A DNA stretch of 64,000 nucleotides from Nitrospira sp. (GCA_030653545.1 JAURZE010000028.1:24607-88606); one strand, 5' to 3'. Shown: positions 17,201 through 25,251, counted from the first letter of the stretch. Notes: generated by a model from the sequence alone, not told the origin. Translations and numbers: made by a program.

Positions 17201-19497
17201 GCTTGGAGTTCCTCGTGGGCGGCTTCCTGCTGCTCCTGAACGGATTGGAGATACTCGCGGGTTTCGGACAGATCGGCTTCGAGTTCAGCGACGCGGTGCG
17301 ACTCCTGCCGCGCGGTCAGCGGCCGCGCGGGCGGCGTCGGGGGCGGCGGCGCGAGGGAGGCCTTGCCCGCTTCTTCGAAGACGACCAAAAAACAGCGCTC
17401 CCGCAAGTTTTTCAGCGGGATGACCGCCACGCCGATGGTCCGGGTCACGCCGTCGCGCTTGACCCGGACGCGCTCCGTGCGTACGGTCTTGTTGCCTTGC
17501 TTGGCTTGGTTGATGGCGGCGCGCAGCGGCAGCATCAGCCCTTCGCGCGCCATCTTCAATACATCGAAGCTCGCCTTGCCAGCGGGGGGTTCGAGATAGG
17601 CCCCCGTCGGCCCGCGGAACTGCAGCACTTGCAGGTCGTCGTTGATCAGCACCCCCGGCGGAGCGAACTGGACGACGGCGATCCGATCGGCCTCACGCTG
17701 AGCGTTGAGTTCGCCGCGGAAATCCTCCGGCGGATCCACTCCCACCGGCAGGCCCCTCTTCTGGATCGGACGCGGCCGCGGGCCGCGCGCATCCAGTTCG
17801 GCCTGCTTTTTCCCCGCCAAAAGGGGAAACCCCCGAGTCGGCGCGGCCTTCTTGGAAAAGATTTTGTGTTTCCGGTCCACCGGCTCGAAGAGGTCGGTGA
17901 ATTCGCCGACGGATTCCGAGGCGCCCAGCAATAAGTATCCATGGGGTTTGAGCGCATAATGGAACGTCGGCAGCGCTTTTTGTTGCAAGCTCGGCTCGAG
18001 ATAAATCAGCAGATTCCGGCAGCTGATGAGGTCCATGCGCGAGAAGGGCGGGTCGGCGATGAGGTTCTGCCGCGCGAAGACCACCATTTCGCGCAACGCT
18101 TTGTTGATGCGGTAGCCGCCGTCCTCCTCTCTGAAAAACTCGCGCAGGCGTTCGGGCGAGATGTCCTGGGCGAGCGTCTTCGCATACAGGCCCTGCCGAG
18201 CTTTCTCCAGGAGCTTTTCGTTGAGGTCGGTGGCGAAGATCTGGAGTGGGTGCGCGCGGGTGGCCTTCCGCGCGACTTCCACGAAGGCCATGGCCAGGGA
18301 ATACGCCTCCTGGCCGGTGGAGCAGCCGAGCACCCAGAAGCGGACCGGCTCGTCGCCGCGCTGCGCCGCCATGAGCTGGGGCAGGATGTCGCGCTGGAGC
18401 GCCTCGAACGCCTCGGGGTTGCGGAAGAAGCTCGTGACGCTGATGAGCACATCGGAGAAGAGCGCGTCGAGTTCCTCGGCGTTGCCCCGGAGAAACGCGG
18501 AGTAGCCCTCCAACCCTTGCTGCCTGGTAAGGACTATACGCCGGGCGATGCGCCGCTGGATAGTGTTGGACTTATAGAGCGAGAAGTCGACGCCGCAATG
18601 ATTGCGCAGGAGCAGCAGAATTGTATGGTAGCCGTCTCCCGCGCCTTTCCCCGGAGGCTTCTCCTCCTGCTCGGCCTCGCCGCGCGCCTGCCTTCCGCCC
18701 GTCGGCGCGGTTGCGCGCCCGCCCGACGGCAGCGGCTGGTCGTCATCCTGATGCGCAATCGCTTCCTCGCGATCCTGTTCGGCGCGCGTCGGCAAATCGC
18801 GCAGATCCGCGGCGACAGACGGATGCCTGGCGATCCGCGCCAGCTCTTCGGCGATGCCCGACGGCGACAGCACCAGATCGACGCAGCCCGCGGCCACGGC
18901 GCTGCGGGGCATCGAATCGTACTTGGCCGAATCGTCCTGCGCGAAGGTGATGCCGCCTTCGGCCTTGATGGCCTCCAACCCGAGCGTGCCGTCGCTGGCC
19001 GTGCCGGACAGCACGACGCCGACGGCCCGGTCTCGCTGGTCTTGCGCCAGCGATTCAAAAAATGCATCGATCGGCCGATGCGGCGTGCGCGTCCGCGCGC
19101 GCGGCCCGAGCTTCAACAGGCCATCCACGATTCTCAGGTGAGTGTCGCGCGGAATGATATAGACCTGATTGGCCTGGAGCGCCTGATTGTGAGTGATTTC
19201 GCTCACCGGCATCCGCGTGGCACGTGAGAGGAGTTGCGTGAGCGCGCTCTCATGGTCGGGATCGAGATGCTGCACCAACACAAACGCCATACCGGTATCC
19301 AGCGGCAAATGCGTGAGCAACTGCGTAAAGGCTTCCAGTCCGCCGGCGGATGCACCGATGCCGACAATGAGCATGCGGCGGCCATTGTCCGTCCCGTCCT
19401 CCTTCCCGCGCTCGACGGCAGGGGAAGATGAACGAACCGCAGCGGACTGGCGGCGCTGTGTCGCGCGAGCAGCGGTTGTTGTGCGGCGCGGTGCCAT
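14293..19497 (-). CDS. Giant CheB methylesterase - CheR methyltransferase - coiled coil - multi-PAS - HisKA_3 - HATPase_c - REC protein
   Basis: CheB motifs are GIGASAGG, VQHL and SGTASDG. CheR motifs are LGCSTGQEAYSLA and ISCRNLLIYL. NEEL heptads follow, then about four PAS/PAC units, H-box LATELHDHLAQ, ATPase boxes and a C-terminal receiver. The start is uncertain: GTG 19593 overlaps the predicted -10, ATG 19497 is chosen, and ATG before MLIVGIGASAGG is also possible. Confidence 0.85.
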   Translation of the reverse strand: MAPRRTTTAARATQRRQSAAVRSSSPAVERGKEDGTDNGRRMLIVGIGASAGGLEAFTQLLTHLPLDTGMAFVLVQHLDPDHESALTQLLSRATRMPVSEITHNQALQANQVYIIPRDTHLRIVDGLLKLGPRARTRTPHRPIDAFFESLAQDQRDRAVGVVLSGTASDGTLGLEAIKAEGGITFAQDDSAKYDSMPRSAVAAGCVDLVLSPSGIAEELARIARHPSVAADLRDLPTRAEQDREEAIAHQDDDQPLPSGGRATAPTGGRQARGEAEQEEKPPGKGAGDGYHTILLLLRNHCGVDFSLYKSNTIQRRIARRIVLTRQQGLEGYSAFLRGNAEELDALFSDVLISVTSFFRNPEAFEALQRDILPQLMAAQRGDEPVRFWVLGCSTGQEAYSLAMAFVEVARKATRAHPLQIFATDLNEKLLEKARQGLYAKTLAQDISPERLREFFREEDGGYRINKALREMVVFARQNLIADPPFSRMDLISCRNLLIYLEPSLQQKALPTFHYALKPHGYLLLGASESVGEFTDLFEPVDRKHKIFSKKAAPTRGFPLLAGKKQAELDARGPRPRPIQKRGLPVGVDPPEDFRGELNAQREADRIAVVQFAPPGVLINDDLQVLQFRGPTGAYLEPPAGKASFDVLKMAREGLMLPLRAAINQAKQGNKTVRTERVRVKRDGVTRTIGVAVIPLKNLRERCFLVVFEEAGKASLAPPPPTPPARPLTARQESHRVAELEADLSETREYLQSVQEQQEAAHEELQASNEEVQSANEELQSINEELETSKEELESANEELTTVNEEMTNRNVELSRLNNDLVNLQTSAKLAIVLLGRDLTIRRFSAQAEKQFDLLAADIGRPINHIRHNLVATGSGESPLDLEVLAGGVIADLREQECEVRDKSGHWHALRVRPYLTLDGKVDGAVLVLVDIDAAKRNEQNVAAALKLAGDTLETVREPLLVLDEQLRVERASRAFYRIFQVAPAETIGRRIYDLGNGQWDIPRLHELLEQIQPSHGSIEEFRVDHVFKHLGRRIMLLYARRIEHSQNGMNRILLVIEDITERTQAEASRARLAAIVESSDDAILSKDLHGIITSWNQGARRLFDYTAEEAVGGPSARLLPPDRKDEEKRNLERVTRGQSTEHYDTVRRRKDGSLVGVSLTVSPIKGAEGRVIGAAEIARDITERERVEAALRQNETLFSTLIEQAPVGMYVVDGQFRVQQINSRALPAFASVQPLIGRDFSDVVRILWGSEVGGQVADIFRHTLETGERYISPEFSRRRYDLGVEQSYDWETQRVTLPDGQVGVVCYFTDTTERRQAAAELEQRVADRTQELTQLHEQLRALTTELTLTEQRERRRLATELHDHLAQLLVLGKMKLGQSKRVTQPRERRDELVEETDEVLSEALAYTRTLVIDLSPPILHEFGLPAALRWLGERMQRHGLAVTVRIETEDLSLPEDRAVLLFQSARELLINTAKHAGVGVAWVSLEYRQETLQIEVRDEGVGFDLAAAAAGSSTMAMSSKFGLFSIRERMQALGGSFEVQSAPGAGTTATLRLPLAGSQARISRRAALGAVQEASEVTNVASVSPASSPSLRAAASIRVLLVDDHAMVRQGLRTLLDSYPDVEVVGEACNGEEAVAFVERVQPSIVVMDINMPKMNGIDATAAIVSRYPGTVVIGLSVQAGGENEESMRKAGAAMLLTKEAAVDDLYKAIRESLDVRLKENVPEQGIEPAPPNS
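14459..14698. repeat. Copy 2 of the 240-bp near-identical direct repeat (REC-coding)
   Basis: See 9241-9480. Same orientation, offset 5218 bp. Confidence 0.9.
17080..17226 (-). repeat. Seven in-frame 21-bp (heptad) repeats encoding x-N-E-E-L-x-S
   Basis: Plus-strand units are cagctcttcgttggccgattc / caactcttctttggacgtctc / gagttcctcgttgatgctttg and so on. The protein reads SNEEVQS ANEELQS INEELET SKEELES ANEELTT VNEEMTN. Confidence 0.85.
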
Positions 19498-19581
19498 ACT
19501 CGAAGACCTTGGAAAAAGGGCGATTTTATCTCCGCCGCCAAGGGAAGGCAATGCCTCCCCACGTTGTCTCCGCGGCTCTTC

Positions 19582-19626
19582 ACCATACAACACCAGCAGA
19601 TCGCGTCCCCTAGGGAAATCCCTAGT
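19582..19626 (-). promoter_or_regulatory. Candidate operator box (palindrome CTAGGGAAATCCCTAG, 19610-19625) plus -10-like TATGGT
   Basis: The 25-nt box 19602-19626 is 23/25 identical to 8864-8888. On the minus strand TATGGT (19582-19587) follows after 14 nt. The box lies about 105-130 nt upstream of ATG 19497. Confidence 0.4.
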
Positions 19627-19797
19627 TTTTCGATCCGCCTTTGCCCTCCCGAGCGGGATCCTGCGCTGACCGATGGACTAGGGAATCTCAGAGTGCTCCT
19701 CGCGCACCGGGTGCGATACAGGTGAACAGGTCCTTGCAAGGGCGGCCGCGCAAGGGATCCAGCGGCAAAATCATTCGACAAGAAAGGACGGTCTCAT

Positions 19798-20901
19798 ATG
19801 AAAATCGCTCAGATCGCGCCTCTGTGGAACCGCTTGCCTTCCGACGGCCTTTCGGACGCTGAACGGACAGTGTCGTATCTTATCGACGAACTCGTTCGCC
19901 GGGGCCACGCGGTCACGCTGTTTGCGAGCGCCGATGCCCGCACCAGCGCGAAGCTTGAACCCTTCGGCGCGGCGCCGTTCTCCCAGGGGCCGGCAAACTG
20001 GGGCCGGGCAAGCGCGGCGGTCCTGGTCCTCGAACAGGTGTTCGGACCTCGCGCCCACGAGTTCGACATCATCCACTCGCACTTTGGAGTCGACGGCTTC
20101 CCGCTGGCGCAGCCCTGTGCCACCCCGACGCTGGCAACGGTTGTGGAGCGGCTCGATGCACCGGAGTACAGTGCGGCATTCACCCCGTTTCAGGACCTGC
20201 CGCTGGTGTCGACCTCTCATGCCCAGCGGCGGCCCCTGGCGTGGGCGCCCTGGGAACAGACCATTTATCCCGGCGTGCCGGCCGAGCTGTACCGGTTTCA
20301 CCCGTGGCCCGGACAGTATTTGGCCTTTATCGGCAGTCTTTCCATGGACGGGGGACTGGGCCTCGCGATCGAGATCGCGCGGCGCGCCCACCTCCTGCTT
20401 CGCGTCGCCTCCCGGCAAGACCACACCGATGCCTTTCCGCTTTCGATACCGATGGAGTTGTTGAGCGCCGGCAACGGAGTGGAATGGGTCGGCGCGCTCA
20501 CCGAAGAAGAGACTCACGATTTTCTGGGAAACGCCCTGGCCCTGGTCTGCGCCCAGGACGGACCGCACGCCTCCGGACTCTGCGTCGCGGAAGCGCTGGC
20601 CTGCGGCACTCCGGTCCTGGCCTTTCACGGGAGCCCCGCAGCGGAGATGATTTACGACCATGTCACAGGATTCGCTTGTGAGAGTCTCGAGGAGATGATC
20701 GAGATGGTACCATTGATCGGGGATATCGATCGGAGAGAATGCCGGGGCGCCTTTGAGAAACGGTTGAGCGCGGAGCGGATGACGGATCAATACCTCGATC
20801 TGTATGCGCGCCTGACCGGCGCCGCCCCGTCGCACCGGGAGGACGGGGCAGCCGGCCGGATGGCCCAGGCTGATCGGAGGCCTGTGGCGGTTGCGGACTG
20901 A
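19798..20901 (+). CDS. Glycosyltransferase, GT-B fold (family 1/4-like)
   Basis: N-terminus MKIAQIAPLW...ERTVSYLIDELVRRGHAVTLFAS, and a C-terminal E-x7-E-like region (GLCVAEALACGTPVLAF). Confidence 0.8.
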   Translation: MKIAQIAPLWNRLPSDGLSDAERTVSYLIDELVRRGHAVTLFASADARTSAKLEPFGAAPFSQGPANWGRASAAVLVLEQVFGPRAHEFDIIHSHFGVDGFPLAQPCATPTLATVVERLDAPEYSAAFTPFQDLPLVSTSHAQRRPLAWAPWEQTIYPGVPAELYRFHPWPGQYLAFIGSLSMDGGLGLAIEIARRAHLLLRVASRQDHTDAFPLSIPMELLSAGNGVEWVGALTEEETHDFLGNALALVCAQDGPHASGLCVAEALACGTPVLAFHGSPAAEMIYDHVTGFACESLEEMIEMVPLIGDIDRRECRGAFEKRLSAERMTDQYLDLYARLTGAAPSHREDGAAGRMAQADRRPVAVAD

Positions 20902-20906
20902 CGCCT

Positions 20907-21575
20907 TTAGCGGGCGCGAGTGACCGAGGGCGGACAGAAAGTACGGACCATTCGCGTAACGCTTGTCGTCGCGATGGCGCCGAGGAGGGCTGCGACCATA
21001 TCTTTTTGCGCATCCCATTCATCGCCTTGCGTACCCAAGTAGGCCGCGCCCAACTCCGGGCTGACCCTGCTTGCCACCAGGGCTTCGATGACTTCGAACA
21101 GTCCGCTCTGTGCCAGCACCATGCTGACTGGAAGGTAGTCGGCCCAAAACCCCTTGAGTCCCGTGAGGCGCACGAGCACCTCACGGATCGGATAGACCAA
21201 CAACAGTCCGTAGGCACCATGCACCATCCGGTCGAAGGGGTTGCGGCTCAGATGCAAGAGATCTTGCACCCAGAATCCCGCCGGCACCTTCGCATAGGTG
21301 TAGTGCGCGCCCACCGTATGCAGCGCGAGAAATGCCGTGATGAGTAGGTACGACCAAAGAGATAGTTCGAAACGCCGGTAGGTCGCCGTCAGCAGGGCGA
21401 TCAGGGCGAGACTGAGAATATTTTCCACGAGCCAGTCTGCGCGATCGATCGGATCGATCGCCATTGCGATCCATAAGCCGGCATACACGGAGAGCATGCC
21501 TGCGAGGATCGAGGAGTTCGCCACCAGTATTCGGCCGTTCTGCCTGTCCGCCGGCCCATTCTGATTCTCCGTCAT
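20907..21575 (-). CDS. Integral membrane protein, DUF2238/YjdF-like
   Basis: Multiple TM helices and the motif LHTVGAHYTYAKVP that I associate with DUF2238. Recalled by eye only. Confidence 0.55.
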   Translation of the reverse strand: MTENQNGPADRQNGRILVANSSILAGMLSVYAGLWIAMAIDPIDRADWLVENILSLALIALLTATYRRFELSLWSYLLITAFLALHTVGAHYTYAKVPAGFWVQDLLHLSRNPFDRMVHGAYGLLLVYPIREVLVRLTGLKGFWADYLPVSMVLAQSGLFEVIEALVASRVSPELGAAYLGTQGDEWDAQKDMVAALLGAIATTSVTRMVRTFCPPSVTRAR

Positions 21576-21582
21576 GGCCTGA

Positions 21583-21921
21583 TCAGTGAACAGGTGTTTG
21601 CAGTTCCGGAAGCGGCACTTCTATCACCTTGAGCGCTTCCCCACGGTCATTGATGCGAACGCTGATTCTTGTGCCGATGGACAACCGTTGAAAGAGCTCC
21701 TGGTTGATCACCTTGACGCGCACCACGCGCTCCACGCGCTCCACGTCTGTTTGAACTGAAGCGTGCATTTCGGTCTTGTCATATTCTGTCAGAACACCTG
21801 TGACAACCTCTCCTTGTTCCCCATTGGAAAGATCAGCCCCCTGCACCGGTACAACCACCATCGACATGGCAGCGACCAGGCACAGAACTGCGAAAGATCC
21901 ACTGAAGGGTATATTTCCCAT
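21583..21921 (-). CDS. Small secreted protein (unknown)
   Basis: Start at MGNIPF with signal peptide ...VVVPVQGA. No recognisable domain. Confidence 0.45.
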   Translation of the reverse strand: MGNIPFSGSFAVLCLVAAMSMVVVPVQGADLSNGEQGEVVTGVLTEYDKTEMHASVQTDVERVERVVRVKVINQELFQRLSIGTRISVRINDRGEALKVIEVPLPELQTPVH

Positions 21922-21982
21922 GGCTGGCTCACTTGTTGAATTCGCGTACGGGTTCAGCTGACTGAAAAACAATCGGCTCAGA

Positions 21983-22291
21983 CTAGCCGTAATGCGTGAG
22001 GGTCGTGATGGGCTCAGCGCTCAAGACCTCTCGGGAAAGCGACGATTCACTATCTTGTCTCTGGCGTTTGAGCGCTAATTGCGCCATAAAGTGATCAAAA
22101 CATCGCGGGCAGTAGGTATGAGTCAACCGGCATTCATTTCCGTCAATGCGGTGGATACGCAATAGGGATCTCAATGACATCCACTGCTCGCGAACCGCGC
22201 GAGTGGGCACATCGCTCTCCTCTCGATCGTTCCTGACCTGTAGGCAGACGCAACACATCGTAATCCATGCTGCCTGGTTCATCCTGTTCAT
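21983..22291 (-). CDS. Small Cys-rich protein (CxC ... CxxC, putative zinc ribbon)
   Basis: WITMCCVCLQVRND...W...LTHTYCPRCFDHF. Sense-strand codon usage is consistent with its neighbours. Confidence 0.5.
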   Translation of the reverse strand: MNRMNQAAWITMCCVCLQVRNDREESDVPTRAVREQWMSLRSLLRIHRIDGNECRLTHTYCPRCFDHFMAQLALKRQRQDSESSLSREVLSAEPITTLTHYG

Positions 22292-23044
22292 ACTTCCCTC
22301 TCGCGCTGTAAACTACCCAGCCTCAATCTCTCGCCGATCTGATCTCTCGCGCTGCGACCGCGTTCTCCGGATGATTCTATCGCGATCGGCGTTCCTCCTC
22401 TCACTGGTAAGGCCCCTAGTTCTGTCCGGCCTCTGATACGTGTGACCCTATGAGGCGAGGATGGTTCCCTCCTCCTAGGCTCCAAAATTTCTGTCGCCCA
22501 CCACTATCAATGCGCGGATCGTCGGGAGGACACCTGAACGGCACCCAGGCTTCTCAAAAAGGCTTTACCCCTGCTCATCCTCAGCTGAAGAACCATTACA
22601 CTCGACTGCTCGCCGCCGCTCGCCGGCATGCAGAGTTGCGGCACGCTATTGGGCATCGGTGGGCTGGTGGAATCTTCGACCGGACAAAAACCGCTCTGGT
22701 GCTCGATATTCCTCTACACGACTCTTCCGCTCATCCCTGATTCACGCCATCTCACGCACGGTCTCGTATCTGAGACTGCCAGGTCTGCTCCACGTAATCT
22801 AAAGCCCTGTCATTCAGCCTTCCCGGCGTTCTGAATTGCTAGTTCTCATCAACATTGCCAATGCCTTGATGAGGCAGGGAGGGGGGTGATCGTCCTTTTA
22901 TATTTCCCCCACGACCAGGGCAATCGAGTGCTTGAACTAGGGAAGTTGCGAGGACTCTCAGAGCGCCGGCGCCAGTAGAGTACGCATATTCAAACGGGCT
23001 CAGTCATTCAATCCACCTGCACTACACATCGAGAGGAGATCCAG

Positions 23045-23275
23045 ATGAACACGATGATGTATGAAACCACAGAGGCGATTACCGGCAAGTCGGTTCATAC
23101 GAGCTGCGCGCGATGTCACGGACACATGGTGCATGACGTATGGACCGATCGTCCGAGCGACATTCCCTCGAGCGCCTTATGGGCGTTCCGTTGCATCCAA
23201 TGCGGCGACGTGATTGACGAGGTGATCCTGCGGCATCGCTCGAATCCTGCGTCCGTTTATGCCGTCACGGAGTGA
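23045..23275 (+). CDS. Small zinc-ribbon protein (CxxCxGxM ... CxxCG), YgiT/MqsA-N-like by eye
   Basis: GAGAGGAG RBS, with SCARCHGHMVHD...FRCIQCGDVIDE. A paralogue lies at 29524-29694. Confidence 0.55.
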   Translation: MNTMMYETTEAITGKSVHTSCARCHGHMVHDVWTDRPSDIPSSALWAFRCIQCGDVIDEVILRHRSNPASVYAVTE

Positions 23276-23355
23276 CCCGAAGAGTCCGCGTTCGGACATG
23301 TCCATCGAACAGTCGGGATAACTTAGGCTATCTTCTCATCAAAGGAGTTTCCGCG

Positions 23356-24084
23356 ATGACCAACGGATTTGCACAAGCACAAACCAGCGACCAGGCGAAG
23401 GAGCGACCCTACAGAAAGAGCCCTCTGGCGCAGTCCGGTTCCATGCCCTTCAATCCCCACGTCTTTCTGACGCAAGGCGGGGAGGGAAGAACCATTCTAC
23501 GGTGTCACAAGCAGCAGGTTCTGTTTGCGGAAGGAGATATGGCCAATGAGGTGTTCTACATTCAGGATGGGCTAGTCAAGCTCACGGTCCTGTCCACGCA
23601 AGGCAAAGAGGCGGTCGTCACCATATTGGAAGGCGGAGACTTCTTTGGCGAAACCTGCCTCACCGGGCAGAGGACATACCCGTCGACCGCCACTTCCCTG
23701 GGCGCCTCGACTATTGTGCGTATCGACCGGACCGCCATGAGCCGGGCCCTCCGCAACGAGCCGGCATTCTCCGAAATGTTCATGGCTCATCTCGTGACCC
23801 GCAATCTTCGCCTCCAGGAAGACTTGATCGATCATCACTTTAATACAGCCGAGAGGCGGCTGGCGCGGCGGCTCCTGTTGCTCGCTCACTTTGGGAGCGA
23901 CAAGAAGCAGAAGCCCGTGATTCCCCCTATCAGCCAGGAAACGCTTGCCGAAATGATCGGCACAACACGATCCCGAGTCAGTTTTTTCCTCAATCGATTC
24001 AAGAAGCTCGGCTTCATTGAATACCGGCACAATGCCGGCCTGCATGTGCATGGGGCGCTTCTCAATGTCGTCCTTGCTTCTTAA
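23356..24084 (+). CDS. Crp/Fnr-family transcriptional regulator
   Basis: AAAGGAG RBS. A cNMP-binding-like beta-roll (VLFAEGDMANEVFYIQDGLVKL...GDFFGE) and a C-terminal HTH (SQETLAEMIGTTRSRVSFFLNRFKKLGFI). No N-terminal Fnr Cys cluster seen. Confidence 0.88.
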   Translation: MTNGFAQAQTSDQAKERPYRKSPLAQSGSMPFNPHVFLTQGGEGRTILRCHKQQVLFAEGDMANEVFYIQDGLVKLTVLSTQGKEAVVTILEGGDFFGETCLTGQRTYPSTATSLGASTIVRIDRTAMSRALRNEPAFSEMFMAHLVTRNLRLQEDLIDHHFNTAERRLARRLLLLAHFGSDKKQKPVIPPISQETLAEMIGTTRSRVSFFLNRFKKLGFIEYRHNAGLHVHGALLNVVLAS

Positions 24085-24156
24085 TCCAACCTGCAGGTCT
24101 CTCCAGACGCTCATTGATTTGGCGAATCGACAAGACACCGGCTGGAGAGCTAAGAG

Positions 24157-24786
24157 CTAATCGCGCCTTGAGGCGTGAGCGGAACCCCCACGCCGGTCTG
24201 AGTTGCTGCCGCCGACCAGATGCACGAAGACTGCAACAACCTGATGAGCCATCTTACGAACAAGGCCGCGTCCGAATCGGATGACACTATGGTGTACCCG
24301 GCCGAGTTCGTCTTGAATAGCTTGCTCCAATTCGGCCCGCAGGGTTGGGAGGTCGAACCGGGCTGGTTTGGAGGGATAAAAGGGATACACCCCGGACTGC
24401 TCGTGTCCGGAGAAAACCGACGCACTCGCCGGCATCACTGCCGCACCCTCCGCTGCAGGCGGATAATAAGGAACCACTCCAGCGGTAAGCCGCCATCCAC
24501 GGCGGGAGGCGACGCCGGCCGCACAGCCGAGGAGCAGCGCCCCGCCCAGAAACGTCCATGGGTGGCGTGCGGCATGCACGCTGGGATCGAGGGCATCTTT
24601 GGTCGCTTGCATTGTGTGACGCATTGTCGAGACCGTCTGATCCGCCAACCGAGTCATTGTCACCCTCGCATGTTGCATCGTCTGTCCGACGTGTTGCTCG
24701 ATGTCACCGAATTTTTCTGCAATCGCTGCTCTGGTCTGAGCGATAGCTTTGATATCTCGGGCAATGCGATCCGCACTTGTGTCCAT
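24157..24786 (-). CDS. DUF883/ElaB-like membrane-anchored protein with ~100-aa C-terminal extension
   Basis: Helical N-terminus followed by the anchor HPWTFLGGALLLGCAAGVASRR. Confidence 0.55.
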   Translation of the reverse strand: MDTSADRIARDIKAIAQTRAAIAEKFGDIEQHVGQTMQHARVTMTRLADQTVSTMRHTMQATKDALDPSVHAARHPWTFLGGALLLGCAAGVASRRGWRLTAGVVPYYPPAAEGAAVMPASASVFSGHEQSGVYPFYPSKPARFDLPTLRAELEQAIQDELGRVHHSVIRFGRGLVRKMAHQVVAVFVHLVGGSNSDRRGGSAHASRRD

Positions 24787-24867
24787 GATGTTGCTCTCTT
24801 TCCCCTGAGGTCAGGGCATTGGTTGAGGAGCGCTCAAGTCCGACACCTTCCGACCCGCCTGCGCGCC

Positions 24868-25212
24868 CTACCGGTGGCGCGATCGAGTGAACAGGTATCC
24901 CAGCGAGAGCCCGATCAAGAGGGCCTGCAAGGGATAGCGACGGATCAGTGTCTCCAAATCTTCGACCACCCCGGCCACTCCACGCTCGCTGAGATACTCC
25001 GTGGAGGTCTCGACCCCGTCCGCAACCGACTGCACCGCCGCGGCGGCGGTTTTCTTGGTACGGCGGATCGTGTCTTGTACGGCTTGCGCCGCCGAGTCCA
25101 TCGTCTGATCGATAGACTCGGATACTTCCTCAGCCTGTTCCGTTGCCCCCGCCACTGCCTGCCCGATCAACCCTCCGCCTGGTTTTGTTTCGTATTCTTT
25201 TCCCCGCACCAT
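24868..25212 (-). CDS. DUF883 (ElaB/YqjD-like) stress membrane protein
   Basis: Helical repeat region and the typical tail RRYPLQALLIGLSLGYLFTRSR. Confidence 0.75.
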   Translation of the reverse strand: MVRGKEYETKPGGGLIGQAVAGATEQAEEVSESIDQTMDSAAQAVQDTIRRTKKTAAAAVQSVADGVETSTEYLSERGVAGVVEDLETLIRRYPLQALLIGLSLGYLFTRSRHR

Positions 25213-25251
25213 ATGAGCCTCCTTATTCTCGACCGGTTACGAATGCACTCT

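Noticed and set aside
16681-19227. Long plus-strand ORFs (417 aa and 428 aa) inside the giant kinase gene
   Set aside because: They are antisense to a CDS with unmistakable CheB, CheR, PAS and kinase motifs. Their translations are Arg/Gly/Pro/Leu-rich with no motifs, which is typical of shadow ORFs in high-GC DNA.
9090-19593. Search for kaiA, a SasA-like KaiB-fold N-domain or a CikA-like GAF/pseudo-receiver
   Set aside because: None was found. Both kinase N-termini are coiled coil/PAS or CheB. The C-terminal receivers keep the DD pocket, the phospho-acceptor Asp, the Ser/Thr and the Lys, so they look like genuine receivers rather than pseudo-receivers.
19771-21018. 415-aa minus-strand ORF overlapping the glycosyltransferase gene
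   Set aside because: The translation is Arg/Pro/Gly-rich junk. The plus-strand frame gives a coherent GT-B glycosyltransferase.
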